A program made the position numbers and the translations under genes. Of a DNA stretch of 45,438 nt, positions 11,896 to 23,640 are shown piece by piece. The notes beneath the pieces were generated by a model. The model had not been told where the DNA came from and ran no database searches. It worked only from the letters and a program-made list of their open reading frames with translations. Origin of the DNA: Octopus bimaculoides (lineage: Eukaryota); the NCBI RefSeq assembly GCF_001194135.2, contig NC_068987.1:56855321-56900758 (forward strand), read 5' to 3'. Every line of letters starts with the position of its first letter. Within the stretch, counting starts at the first letter, position 1.

Positions 11896-12304
11896 TATAG
11901 GACACTAAATTGGCAAAATCATTAGAACATTAGGGTGCTAAATTAGCTGGATCATTATAGCACTTGATGATCTGAGCACAAATCCTGCTAATGTCCAATT
12001 TTGCCTTCCATCCATCCTGGGTCAATATAAAATAACTTACAAATCAAGTATTAGGAGCAGTGATATCAACTGACATTGTCTACTCAAAATTTGCTGGCCC
12101 TGTGCCTAAATCAGAAACAACAACAGAGATCAGATCTTATTGGTATCAGTTTTTACTATTCCTTTGAATTGCTAAAATGCAAATCACTATACACTGAGGT
12201 CGTTTTAGTTAGTTATCATGACATCAATAACAACTTTAAGCATTTGATGATAAAACAAAGAATCTAAACCTCCAACTAGGTGTACTGCTGAGAGTTAATA
12301 TTGC

Positions 12305-12720
12305 CATTATCATCATCTTCTAACATCCATGCTGACATGAGTTAGACAGTTTTATAGGATCCAACAGGCCAGAGGACTTCATCATGCTCCTGTTGTGTCT
12401 ACAACTAGATGCACTTTCTAATGCCTACCACTTAAAAGAGTGTACTGGGACCTTTTTTTCCATGGCACCAGCACCAGTGAGGTTGCCTTGTAACTTTACA
12501 TGATTTTGGATCTCCTTTATCCAAGTGGGACAACAGTAGAGAGGGTGGCAGTTTTATGTTAGATAATGGAGAGGTTAAAGTACGCAAAATGAAACAGGAA
12601 CAGATTTCTTACTGTAGAGGGGATGCATGGCTACTTACATTATACAAGAGTGGGTGGGAGTAACCGGGGTGGAGCTAGACAGAGATAAAGATGGTGGTTA
12701 CAATGTGTCAAGGGGTGAGC
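12305..12720 (-). mobile_element. Short non-autonomous element with RTE-type tail (same family as 6978-7340)
   Basis: CATCATC..TAACATCCATGCTG tail. Shares GGGTGGAG..AGAGATAAA and CAG(A/G)TTTCTT(A/G)CT(G/A)TAGAGG blocks with 7220-7320. Confidence 0.6.
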
Positions 12721-13397
12721 CATAAGGATCAATATATAGCCTATTATTACTGCATTTTATAGAAGTGTTGTTGGTTTGATGTGAAACGTCCTTCTAATAT
12801 TCCTTAGTCATCAATAGCATTCATGCATGACAGCTTAAATATTTCCATCACAGTAATACTTCGTCTGATGATAGTTCCATCTACCATGTGAAAGGAAGAT
12901 TTACTTACCACTTTTAATGTTATAAGAGCATGGAATAAATGTCATTTGTGTAAATTAAGACCTAACTGGAATTTGATAGTACTTGACTATACTATATAGA
13001 GTTCTCTCTTTGTGTGTGTGTGTGTTTTAATTAGATAAAGATCATATTTTATCTTTTTTGTAATGACATCTATATCTTCAATGAAAAAAATAAAGTGCTG
13101 AAAAATCGTACTTACTTGGCTAAAAATCTGTTTTAGAACCATGGTTATGATAGTTATGATTCCCCGCACCTGATGTCTTTTACATTTATAAGTACCCCAC
13201 TTATAATGTAAAAGCAAGAGGCTGGTAATATATGAGTTTTAAAGTCTGGTATTTTCAAGAAGTTTTGTTCTGTTGATATATATTTGATATTTTCAGCTGA
13301 ACTGCTTTTCTGCAGGTCATTATAAATGTATTTTCTAATTAAACTATATATAATGGGAACTGGTTCATTTGTCAGTTTAAAATTTGTTTACTTTCAG

Positions 13398-13477
13398 TCC
13401 AAATCTGCGGAGTCTGTGAAGGTTGTTGTGCGCTGTCGCCCCATTAATGACAAAGAAATTTCTGATGGCCATGAAAG
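13398..13477 (+). CDS. KIF3B: Kinesin-2 (KIF3B-like) coding exon 2: [26 protein letters not shown](R)
   Basis: TTTCAG acceptor, VKVVVRCRP kinesin N-terminal motif, AG|GTCAGT donor, 80 nt, phase 0 to 2. Confidence 0.95.
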
Positions 13478-14896
13478 GTCAGTATAAGCATACTTAACTC
13501 CTGAAATTCAAGTGAATTCACCTGGAATGGGAAATAAAGTTACATAAACTTATGCTGATTTGGAGTACATTTTAGATAATTGTTTAATGAATTCATCAAT
13601 GGTTGAAGATGGCACACTTGCATTGCTATTGGTGGTTTTATATGTCTCTCATTTCATTTAGTACTCTAACTATTTCCTATTCTATCTACTTGTATTTCCT
13701 GCTTCTTCAATGATGATACAGTAGAAGACGTCTGGAATAAATGAAAACCGTCTAAACAGTTGTTTGATTAGCACACATGCTAACATTTTAAAACAGAAAG
13801 GACAGTGTCATCCTAGATATACAGAAAGGCAGAATGAGGAAAGTTGTAATAACTTTGGTCGAATATCTACTAAAAACATAGCTAAACAATTGAACTGAGT
13901 GTAGACGAGTACATGATCCGTTGTTAATTTATGACAGTATTTTGTTTCTGGGTTTCTGCAGCCAGTTTTGATTCCTGCTTAAAATGACCTTGCTATGTTA
14001 ATACTTTGGGAAAGACATAAATGCCAAAGGTTTCCATTTCTTGACTGTCATTAAATCCAAAAACTGATACTATGATTTGTGGGAAACTAGAATTTAGATG
14101 TATGAAAATAGAAAAACAGAGAGCTGGAGATATACTTTTTTTTTTCTCCTTTGCCAAGTAATTGAGAAGCATGGAATGTTTAAAGTTGTAAGATTATATT
14201 CTCATGTAACTCTGGAGCAAAAGCTTGTCTAAAATATCCTGGGGGCACATACCATCAATCAGTGTGAAAAGAAAGAAGTATGGAAATGTCAGGATAATAA
14301 AAAATGCTAACTGGAATAACAGAAACCCTATCTCTAATATAACGAACATAGGATATATATTCAAGAATTCAGTGATAAAAGGAGTGGAGGGAATTCTCAG
14401 GTCTCATAGGGATTAATTGGTAAAATGCAGAAAGCATCATGGTTTGTTGATATTATATCTCTCAGTCATTTATCTAATCATGTAGCATAGTAAGGTTTTA
14501 TCTCTAACAACTAGCACACCAGCAGCAGTAGCAACATTTGCTGTAATAGAAAGGCTGATGAGAATTAGGGAATTAAATAATGCTAATGGTTCGAGGCTTT
14601 AAAGCAAAGTTAATGCAGAACAGAAGAATTTTGGGTAAGATGCAGTTTTGGTTTGTATGATAACATGGAACTATATTTCTCTAGTGAGACAACAAAGAAG
14701 AGCAGAATTTATTCAAGAACAAAAACTTTATTTTGGTTTTACTGTTATTTATTTATTTATTTATCTAAATTTTTTTGTTTTTGAACAAAAGATATTTTCA
14801 ATTAGAGTCTTGTTTTCTATTGCTATGGGGTAGTCAGATGTCAAAAGATTTGTCAAAATTTTGATCATGTATAAAGATTCTGTAATTCTGTCGGCA

Positions 14897-15051
14897 CAGG
14901 TGTGGCTGTGTGGTAAGAAGCTTCCTAACTACATGGTTCTGAGTTCAGTCCCACTGCGTGGGATCTTGCACAAGTGTCTTCTACTATAGCCTTGGGCCGA
15001 CCAAAGTCTTGTGAGGGAACTTGGTAGATGGAAACTGAAAGACACCCATTT

Positions 15052-15098
<47 letters not shown>

Positions 15099-15203
15099 TT
15101 GTGTCCCCATAACTTAGTTCAGCAAAAGAGACTGATAGAATAAGTACTAGGCTTACAACAAATAAGTCCTGGAGTCAATTTGTGCGAGAATGAAGGCAGT
15201 GCC
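14897..15203 (+). mobile_element. SINE family B1, 3'-truncated
   Basis: Same head as 40137, (TA)n(TG)n, then CAAAAGAGACTGATAGAATAAGTACTAGGCTTAC. It stops before the terminal GACTGAAAC block. Confidence 0.85.
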
Positions 15204-15319
15204 AAGAAATGTGAGAGGGGGTGAGAGCGAGAAAGAGAAAAGTAGAAGGAACAAAGAAAGTATGAAAGGTGCTAAAGGAAAGAGTGAGAGACATACAGAA
15301 TTTATATATATATATATAT

Positions 15320-18300
15320 GTACTTTCTTTCTCTATCTGAAACACCCCACTCACTGGTGGAACCCTCCATCATACCTGCAATCCCCTCTCCCTAGACAAA
15401 CGCAACCAGTTTAGCTGACTCCCTATTTAATCTAACACTGGAATATCCATACTTGCAACACCACTTAAATTTAGGTTGTTTTTTTTTATTATTACAACGC
15501 CGCTAACACCTACTCCTACCTCCAGTAGGGACAACAATCTTAACACGCTTGAATGTTTGAATGATGTCAGGTCGGAAGTGAGAACAGGTGAAGCATGCCT
15601 GAAAAATGAATACGACAACTTTCCTCTTCTTTTCAGGTGTTGAATAACATCTCTCCTCCTCAAGCCTCACCCCACATTCCTTTCCCAGTTTTCAGAGTTG
15701 GCACTGTCAGTGTAGGCACACTGAAAGATAGGTCTAGTGAGATTGTAGAGATACTTGAAAGGAGGCATGTCGACGTATGTTGCATACAAGAGGTTAGATG
15801 GAGAGGAGCTTCAGCTAGGGTCCTCAGAGGCAAGGCACATAGGTATAAAATCTTTTGGCAAGGTAACATGGATGGAGTAGGGGGCGTAGGCATACTCCTT
15901 GCGGAGAATGGGTGGATAAGATCGTAGAGGTTGTCAGGGTATGCAATAGAGTGCTTAAACTCAGGCTAGTCCTGCAGAACAGCACAGCTACAATTATCTC
16001 TGCCTATGCCCCACAAGTGAGCCTACCAAACGATCAGAAGGACCATTTTTTTATGATACCCTTCTACAGGCTACCTCAAAGACGTATGGCAATGACCTCA
16101 TCTCTGCAGCTGGGGATTTTAATGGGCATGTTGGGCGGCAATCCAGTATCTTCACTGGTATACACGGAGGCCATAGTATTGGTTCCCGAAACGATGAGGG
16201 AACTAGGCTACTGGAGTTCTTTGATGCATGTAACCTTTTAATCTGCAACACTAACTTCTGGAAGCCAAACAGCCACCTGATAACCTATCAATCAGGTGAC
16301 TCTGCTAGTCAGATTGATTTCATCCTCACCAGATAGCGGGACGCTGGGTTGCTCTTAAATACAAAGACCCTCCCGGGTGAAGAATGTACCTTCCAGCTTA
16401 GACTAGTCATTAGTGACTTTAGACTCGAAGCCAGAAGGATGCCAAGAAGCAACCAATCCAGGAAAGAATGATTTGGAAGCTAAAGAACCCTTCACATGGT
16501 CAGAGATTTAGGGACATCTTCATCAAGAAATTTGATGAGAGGGAGGAGAAGCTACAGACCTCGGACATAGAAGGTAGCTGGAAATTCCTACAGGACAGCT
16601 TACTGAGTGCCACAGACCATGTCTGCGGATGGTGCAAAGTCCCTTCCAGACTTAGAGTAACGTGGTGGTGGAATAATAAGGTAGACATAGCCATTAGAGC
16701 AAAGAAACAGGCCTGGAAAGCCTGGAAGAGTGGTGGTAGCAGGGAACTGTACCAGATTGCCAGAAGGGAGGCTGAGAGATGGGTATACATAGCAAAGGGC
16801 GAAGCAGGAAAGAAGAAGTTTGCCAATGTCCATCGACGTGAGAACCAAAGAACTGAAGTATTTCAGATTGCAAGATAGTGTGTGAGAGAAAATTGTGATG
16901 TCACAGGGGAGAAATGTGTCCGCATGGATGATGGTGCACTTGCTTTTAATGATTTGGGAAAGAAAGAGGCTTGGAGAAGCCATTATGAAAGACTTCTGAA
17001 CGTGGAGAATGAATGGGAGGAGAAGAACCTGCCAAATGTTGAACCAGTAGAGGGACCAGCTATCCGAATAGACAGCTCCCTGGTAGATAATGCAATTAAG
17101 GGTATGAAGCCAGGAAAAGCCCCAGGCCCATCAGGAATCACTGCAGAGATGTTAAAAACATCTGGAAGTGTGGGCTATGGCCTAGTCACCCATATTGTCA
17201 ACCAGGTAGTTCATGATGGAGTCATACCAATGACTGGCATAGCAGCACCATAGTCAACTGCTACAAAAGTAAAGGCGATGCTTTAGATAGAAATAATTAC
17301 AGGGGTATCAAACTGCTAGATCAGGTGATGAAGGTTACGGAGAGGGTTATAGCCCAACTAATTAGGGAGAGAGTCTGCTTATATGAGATGCAGTTCAGTT
17401 TTGTGCCAGGTAGAAGCACCACTGATGCTATATTCCTGGTACGGCAACTGCAGGAGAAATACCTAGCCAAAGATAAACCCCTATACTTGGCTTTTGTGGA
17501 CTTGGAGAAAGCCTTTGACAGGGTCCCCCAATCCCTTATCTGGTGGGCAATGTGGAAACTGGGCTTAATAAGGGTTGTACAGGCCCTATACAGAGATGCC
17601 ATTAGTATGGTTAGGACTGGCAATGAGTATAGTGAAGAATTCCAGGTTGAAGTAGGGGTCCACCAAGGATTAGCCCTCAGCCCCCTCTTATTCATCATAG
17701 TCCTCGAGGCAGTAACAGAGGAATTCAAGACAGGTTGCCTCTGGGAGCTCCTCTATGCTGATGGCCTGGCCCTCATAGCAGAATCACTACCAGAACTAGA
17801 GAAGAAATTTCAGTTGTGGAAGCAAGGTTTAGAATCGAAGGGCCTTAGAGTCAATGTTGCAAAGACCAGAGTTCTAGTAAGTAGGAAGGCAAACACATCA
17901 CACACCCCTTCAGGTAGGTGGCCCTGCTCGATCTGTAGAAAAGGTGTAGATAGAAACTCCATAAGATGTACCCTGTGTAAGCTATGGACACATAAGAGGT
18001 GCAGCAACATCAAAGGGAGATTAACCTGGAAGATAGCTTTCGTGTGTGGCAGATGCACAGGGGCAATAAACACCACAGATGCTCAGAAAACAGATCCCAT
18101 CACATGCCAGGGGGAGAAACTGGAAGTAGCTGATAGCTTCTGCTACCTAGGTGACCAAATCTGTAGTGAGGGGTAGATGCTCAGAGAGTGTTACCACTAG
18201 AATAAGAATAGCCTGGGCAAAGTTCAGAAAGCTTCTACCCCTCAGAGTGAAAGGTAGATTGTATGATGCATGTGTGCGAACTGCTATGCTTCACGGCAGT

Positions 18301-19083
18301 GAAACACAGGCCATGACTACTGAAGACATGCGTAGGCTCGAAAGAAATGAAGCTAGTATGATCCGCTGGATGTATAATATCAGTGTGCGCACACGACAGA
18401 GTGTAAGCGCCCTGAGAGAAATGTTGGACATAAGAAGCATCAGATGTGGCGTGCAAGAGAGACGTTTGCATTGGTATGGTCATGTACTATGGATGGATGA
18501 GGAGAGCTGTGTGAAGAAGTGCCACTCCCAAACAGTGGAAGGAATCCGGGGTAGATGGAGACTCAGGAAAACATGAGATGAGGTGGTGAAGCATGACCTT
18601 CGAATGTTGAGCCTCACAGAGGCAATGATGAAAGACCGAGACCTCTGGAGATATGCTGTGACTGAGAAGACCCAGCAAATAAAATGAGGTCACAGCTGTA
18701 ACCTATTCCAGTGTCGCATAATCAGCCCACTCAAAATTACCTTGGATCATAGGGTGACATGCCGTGCTTGAGGAGACCTATTGAGTCAAGTACATCAAAA
18801 CCAAATGAAAATTGTAATTGTGATCCCCGTGCTGGTGGCATGTAAAACATATCATCTGAACGTGGCCAATGCCAGCGTCACCTTGACTGGCTTCCATGCC
18901 GGTGGCATGTAAAAAAAGCACCCACTACGCTCTCGGAGTGGTTGGCATTAGAAAGGGCATCCAGCTGTAGAAACACTGCAAGATCAGACTGGAGCCTGGT
19001 GCAGCCTCCTGGTTTTCCAGACCCCAGTCGAACCATCCAACCCATGCCAGCATGGAAAACGGACGTTAAACGAAGATGATGAT
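15320..19083 (+). mobile_element. Near-full-length decayed RTE-clade LINE (APE endonuclease + RT), sense to the host gene
   Basis: APE motifs (CIQEVRW, ISAYAPQ, GDFNGHVG, QIDFIL) and RT motifs (FVPGRSTTDAIF, AFVDLEKAFDRVP, GVHQG, YADG, CYLG). The ORF ends near 18687, and the 3'UTR ends in GATGATGAT. It carries frameshifts (about 15908, 16050) and stops. The 5' boundary is uncertain (15204-15330). Confidence 0.93.
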
Positions 19084-19095
19084 ATATATATGTAT

Positions 19096-19367
19096 ATATG
19101 CTGTTGTGCCTGGGGAGAATGATTTTCTTTTTGTGCCTTATAATCTGACACACTCACCGGTAAAATTTCCACTTCTTATTTTTATTTTCCTAAAATTTTC
19201 ATTGCATCATGCAACCTTTTCAATAGTCAAGACTATTGAAAAGGTTGCAAGACGCAACGAAAATTTTAGGGAAATAAAAATAAGAAATAAGTGGAAATTT
19301 TACCTGTGAGTGTGTTAGATTATAAGGCACAAAAAGAAAATGATTCTCCCCAGATACAACATAATAT
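19096..19367. repeat. Near-perfect ~270-bp palindrome (fold-back / MITE-like)
   Basis: Centre CAATAGTC-AA-GACTATTG at 19221-19238. The arms are complementary out to 19102/19361 with a few mismatches and one 4-nt indel. Confidence 0.93.
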
Positions 19368-19421
19368 GCTTCAACACACGAACTCACATAAAGAATCTTG
19401 CAAACCAAATCCAAAAACGAA

Positions 19422-19462
<41 letters not shown>

Positions 19463-19469
19463 CATATTC

Positions 19470-19700
19470 TCATCATACATCCATTTTTCATACTGGCATA
19501 TGTTGGACAGCTTCACAGGAGTTGGCAATGCCAGGGACCTCACTAGGTTCCATACTCTGTTTTGGCTTGGTTTCTACAGTTGGTAGCCCTTCCTAACACC
19601 AACCTCTTTACAGAGTATACTGGGTGTTTTTTTATGTGGCACCATAACCGGTGCTTTTTATGTGGCACTATCACCGATGCTTTTTATGTGGCACTATATC
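19470..19700 (-). mobile_element. RTE-type 3' tail fragment with triplicated (G)TGCTTTTTATGTGGCAC unit
   Basis: Reverse complement of the GGAAGGGC..CAACTGTAGAAAC tail. Three TTTTTATGTGGCAC units lie at about 19628-19694. Confidence 0.7.
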
Positions 19701-20655
19701 TCTATTCATGTGCATACACACGCACACACTAGGCTTCTTTAGTTTCCATCTACCAATTTCATTAGAAAGTATCGATCAATCTTAGGCTGTCAAAGAGAAC
19801 ATCAGCTGACAGCATGCACACGGTGGAACCAAACCTGTAACCATGTAGTGTTCTGAAGTGAACTTCTAAACCACACAGTCCTGCCTTAGCCTGGAAACTG
19901 TGTGTAGCCTGTTGCATAGATTATAGAGTTGAACAGACATTCAGTTGATTGAATAACTGAATGCTTCTCAGTGAAACTAACAGCGGATCCCTTGTAGCTG
20001 TAAACACTAACAAGGTCGGCCTGACTTGCTTATGTGTCAACTAGTAAGACTGATATTAATTATGCTGCCACTTGATTTGTTGTTGAACAAGCTGAGACAA
20101 GTGTTGTTTAAGAAAAAAAAAAAAAGGAAAACTCTTGGTCTAACACTTCATCTTAAAAGAGCTTATGTCTTTCCTTAAACTTGCAACTTAATTATTGACT
20201 GAGTGCTAACTATGTACTATATTTAGCTAAATTTTATGAGATGGTAAAGAACACACTTGAACTAGAGGCACAACAGTGATTATTGCAGAGTTTGAAATCT
20301 TCACCTTATGCTAGCATCTGTCTGGCAATTTTAACTTTAATGTAGCAATAAGTAGTGGGTTTTTTTTTTTCTTTTCTGAAATATGTAAAAAAGGTAAAAG
20401 AGAGTAAAGAGTATAGGTACAGATATGGTTCTATGGTTAAAAAGTTGGTTTCAAGTTCAGCTTCCAAATTCTGTTTTTTGACTGGATAAAAATTATCAAA
20501 CTTTAAACCTCTCTAACTCTCTTTAAAAGATTTTCTTAAAGTGAATTAAGCCCTGACCACCAAATTTGAAAATTTCTACTTAATTTTTTAAATTTCAAAA
20601 AGTGGAACCAAACATAAAAGATTCATACCAGTGTCAATTTATTTCACTAAAACCT

Positions 20656-20805
20656 TCACGCTGAATATCCTCGAGAACTACGTTAAATGGTACACGTGTC
20701 TGTGGAGTGCTCAGCCACTTGCACGTTAATTTCACGAGCAAGCTGTTCTGTTGATTGGATCAACTGGAACTCTCGACGTCGTAAGCGACGGAGTGCCAAC
20801 AACAA
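20656..20805 (+). mobile_element. 5'-truncated copy of SINE family A
   Basis: TCACGCTGAATATCC...CACGTGTCTGTGGAGTGCTCAGCCACTTGCACGTTAATTTCACGAGC...CGACGGAGTGCCAACAACAA, nearly identical to the 3' ~150 bp of 11507-11895. Confidence 0.92.
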
Positions 20806-20979
20806 TATCCCTGACAGTTATGTTGTGGTCAGTGAGTAAAAGAGAATCAAAGTGATGATGAAAATGACTGATTAGGAACCGAAGTCTTGAATTTCAAATG
20901 CATTGGAAATCTTTAATCTATGTCATTGACCAGAGAAATGGCAATAAGACTTTACTTCCATATAATGGTAAAGACAGTG

Positions 20980-21310
20980 NNNNNNNNNNNNNNNNNNNNN
21001 NNNNNNNNNNNNNNNNNNNNNNNNNNNNNNNNNNNNNNNNNNNNNNNNNNNNNNNNNNNNNNNNNNNNNNNNNNNNNNNNNNNNNNNNNNNNNNNNNNNN
21101 NNNNNNNNNNNNNNNNNNNNNNNNNNNNNNNNNNNNNNNNNNNNNNNNNNNNNNNNNNNNNNNNNNNNNNNNNNNNNNNNNNNNNNNNNNNNNNNNNNNN
21201 NNNNNNNNNNNNNNNNNNNNNNNNNNNNNNNNNNNNNNNNNNNNNNNNNNNNNNNNNNNNNNNNNNNNNNNNNNNNNNNNNNNNNNNNNNNNNNNNNNNN
21301 NNNNNNNNNN
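20980..21310. other. Assembly gap (331 N)
   Basis: Run of n in the sequence. Confidence 1.
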
Positions 21311-21469
21311 TATACGATGGGCTTCTTTCAGTTTCCATCGACCAAATCCACTCACAAGGCTTTGATCAACCCGAGGCTATAGTAGAAGACACTTGCCCAA
21401 GGTGCCACACAGTGGGAATGAACCCGAGACCATGTGGTTGGTAAGCAAGCTACTTACCACACAGCCACT
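21311..21469 (-). mobile_element. SINE family B head, cut by the gap
   Basis: Reverse complement of GGAGTGGCTGTGTGGTAAGTAGCTTGCTTACCAACCACATGG...GAAACTGAAAGAAGCCC. Confidence 0.9.
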
Positions 21470-22667
21470 CCATCTTTAAAAAAAATCGATAGGATGGTCA
21501 TAGCTGGAATACATTGATCATAATTCTTAGTCACAGTTAATTTTAAGCTAAACAAGATCAGCATCTAAAACAAAACAAAAAAACAATGCAGTACAGCATT
21601 TAGTTCCATGTTTTAACTTTCTGTATTCAAATTCCACCAAGCTCAACTTTGCTTTGTATTTTTCTTGGACTGATTAAATTGATGACCAGTTGCTCCAATT
21701 GACTGCATCATTCTTTTATGAAATTGGATATTGAGTCAATGTAAACGTAATTAAAAAAAAAGTGTGAAATATGCTGTCAAACCTGTTGTAGCCTTGAAGG
21801 TGTCACTTTAGTTTAGCCAAATTAGGAATTTCAAACTTGTTAAATGGGTGAGGAAAAGGAATGACTATTTACCTTACAGAGTGTGTTCGAGTAATTAGCT
21901 TTTGCATTGATAGAAAAGTCTTGTTGCCTGCACAGGCTCAAATTTTTACAACTGCTTGATTAAAATCAATACTGTATTTCTTGAAGTTAATATTCTCCCA
22001 ACCACCCACCATGACTTTAAAAAGCTAATCTGAATGAGGAATATTGATTCTTTTTTATTCTTTTTTTGGCAACTAGGTGCATGTCTACTTTGGGGTTTTT
22101 TTGTTTTGTTTGTTTGGGAGTTTTTTTGGGCAAGATGTACAGTCATTTAACTTGGCATCAGTGTATTACTGGTATTTACCTCTGAGTGATAAATGTCAGA
22201 GTTTACTGCAATATAATTTAGCCATAATGATGATGAAGGATGAAGTTAAATATTAAAAATAAACATTTAGTTTGATACTTTGTTGTTGCACTTAACATCA
22301 ACAAAGACTCCAACTATTTTTTGACATGAGAACCTCTTGGCTACACTATCTACAAAATAAATGTATATGTTCTGTTTATAGTGATATAAATGAGCACATT
22401 ATGCACCAAAGGCCATCGTCAACATCCTCATTATTTAGTGTCTGTTTTCCATGCTGGCATAGTTTAGATGGTATTGCAGTAAAGTTTCTTCTTAAGTGGG
22501 GATAAATATTACCTCTAAGTAGTAATACTGCTTCTGTCACTAATAAATATCTGCAAAATGGCTCCATCATCCACCATTCATCTCTAGGATTGGAGCTGCT
22601 AGCCAGACCATGAAATTGCAACATGCAGACAAGATTATCTGAAAGATAGCAAGATTTAGGCCCAGTT

Positions 22668-22821
22668 TATTCTTTTCTACTCTAGGCACAATCCCCGAAA
22701 TTTTGGGGGAAGGAGCCAGTCGATTAGATCGACCCAAGTACACAACTGGTACTTTTTACATTCAGAGTTCAAATTCTGCCGAGATCGACTTTGCCTTTCA
22801 TCCTTTCGGGATTGATGAATT
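22668..22821. mobile_element. SINE family C copy with an internal inversion
   Basis: 22668-22754 is the reverse-complemented 3' half and 22755-22821 is the forward 5' half of the family seen intact at 44071-44287. Confidence 0.8.
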
Positions 22822-23180
22822 GCTATAGAGGAGGTACATGGTCAGCCAGTCAACCAACTTGCCAGAGAGAGAGAGAGGGATTTGAACTTGCAACTAATGC
22901 AGAAAAATAGTAAATGAGAGTGAATGCATCATTTAGTGCAATGTCCTATTTTGGATGGTTAACATATTTTATATATATTTTGCTTTTTCTCACTCTCTCT
23001 CTCGTCCTTGCTCTTCCCTCTGGCTGGGTAGTCATGTATCTCCTCTACAGCTGCACACCTGTTTCTGCTTACATTCTTGACCACTCTCTCTCTCTCTCTC
23101 TCCTTCTCTTGTTTTTCCCTCTGGCTAGGCAACCAAGTTTCTCCTTTACATCAGTACAACTGTTTCTCTCTTTCTTGTAC

Positions 23181-23229
<49 letters not shown>

Positions 23230-23261
23230 GGCTGGCTGACCATGTACCTCCTCTATAGCAA
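22820..23261. repeat. Inverted-repeat-bounded segment containing three degenerate (CT)n-headed tandem units
   Basis: TTGCTATAGAGGAGGTACATGGTCAGCCAG..CCAACTTG at 22820 pairs with CAAGTTGGCTGGCTGACCATGTACCTCCTCTATAGCAA at 23224-23261. The (AG)n and (CT)n tracts extend the pairing. Confidence 0.8.
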
Positions 23262-23376
23262 GACATCTGTTTCTGTTTCTCTGTCACCCTTTAACCTTTC
23301 ATCATCTGATGCAAGATCACCTCCAATGCCCCCTCCCCTCTCAAAATTCTTTGTCTTGCAAGTTACTTGATAACCC

Positions 23377-23640
23377 TGCTAGTGCTGGTAAAAAGCATCC
23401 AGTCCACACTGTAAGTGATTGGCATTTGGAAGGACATTCAGCTGTAAAAATCATGCCAAGATTGACCTTGCCTGTGCTGGTGCCATGTAAAAAGCACTCA
23501 GTCTACTCTGTGGAGTGATCGGTGTTAGGAAGGGCATCCAGCCATAAAAACCCTGCCAAAACAAGCACAGCAGCTTGGAGTAGTCTTCTACCTGGCTGGC
23601 TCCTGTCAACTGTCCTACCCATGCATGCATGGAAAACAAA
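23377..23640 (+). mobile_element. RTE-type 3' tail fragment with duplicated module
   Basis: Same structure as 9014-9269. Confidence 0.8.

Noticed and set aside
13297-13315. 19-nt microexon or alternative acceptors upstream of coding exon 2
   Set aside because: The donor GTCATT is weak, 19 nt would shift the frame, and the extended-acceptor options hit stops.
15637-18687. Active or domesticated RTE protein
   Set aside because: Multiple frameshifts and stops, and the catalytic YADD is changed to YADG.
20898-21444. Long ORFs in the track
   Set aside because: They are artefacts of translating the 331-N gap.
22492-22545. Conserved regulatory element shared with 37961-38014 (TTAAGTGGGGATAAATATTAC...CTTCTGTCACTAATA)
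   Set aside because: The match is real, but it adjoins an RTE-type tail fragment, so a further dispersed repeat family is the simpler explanation.
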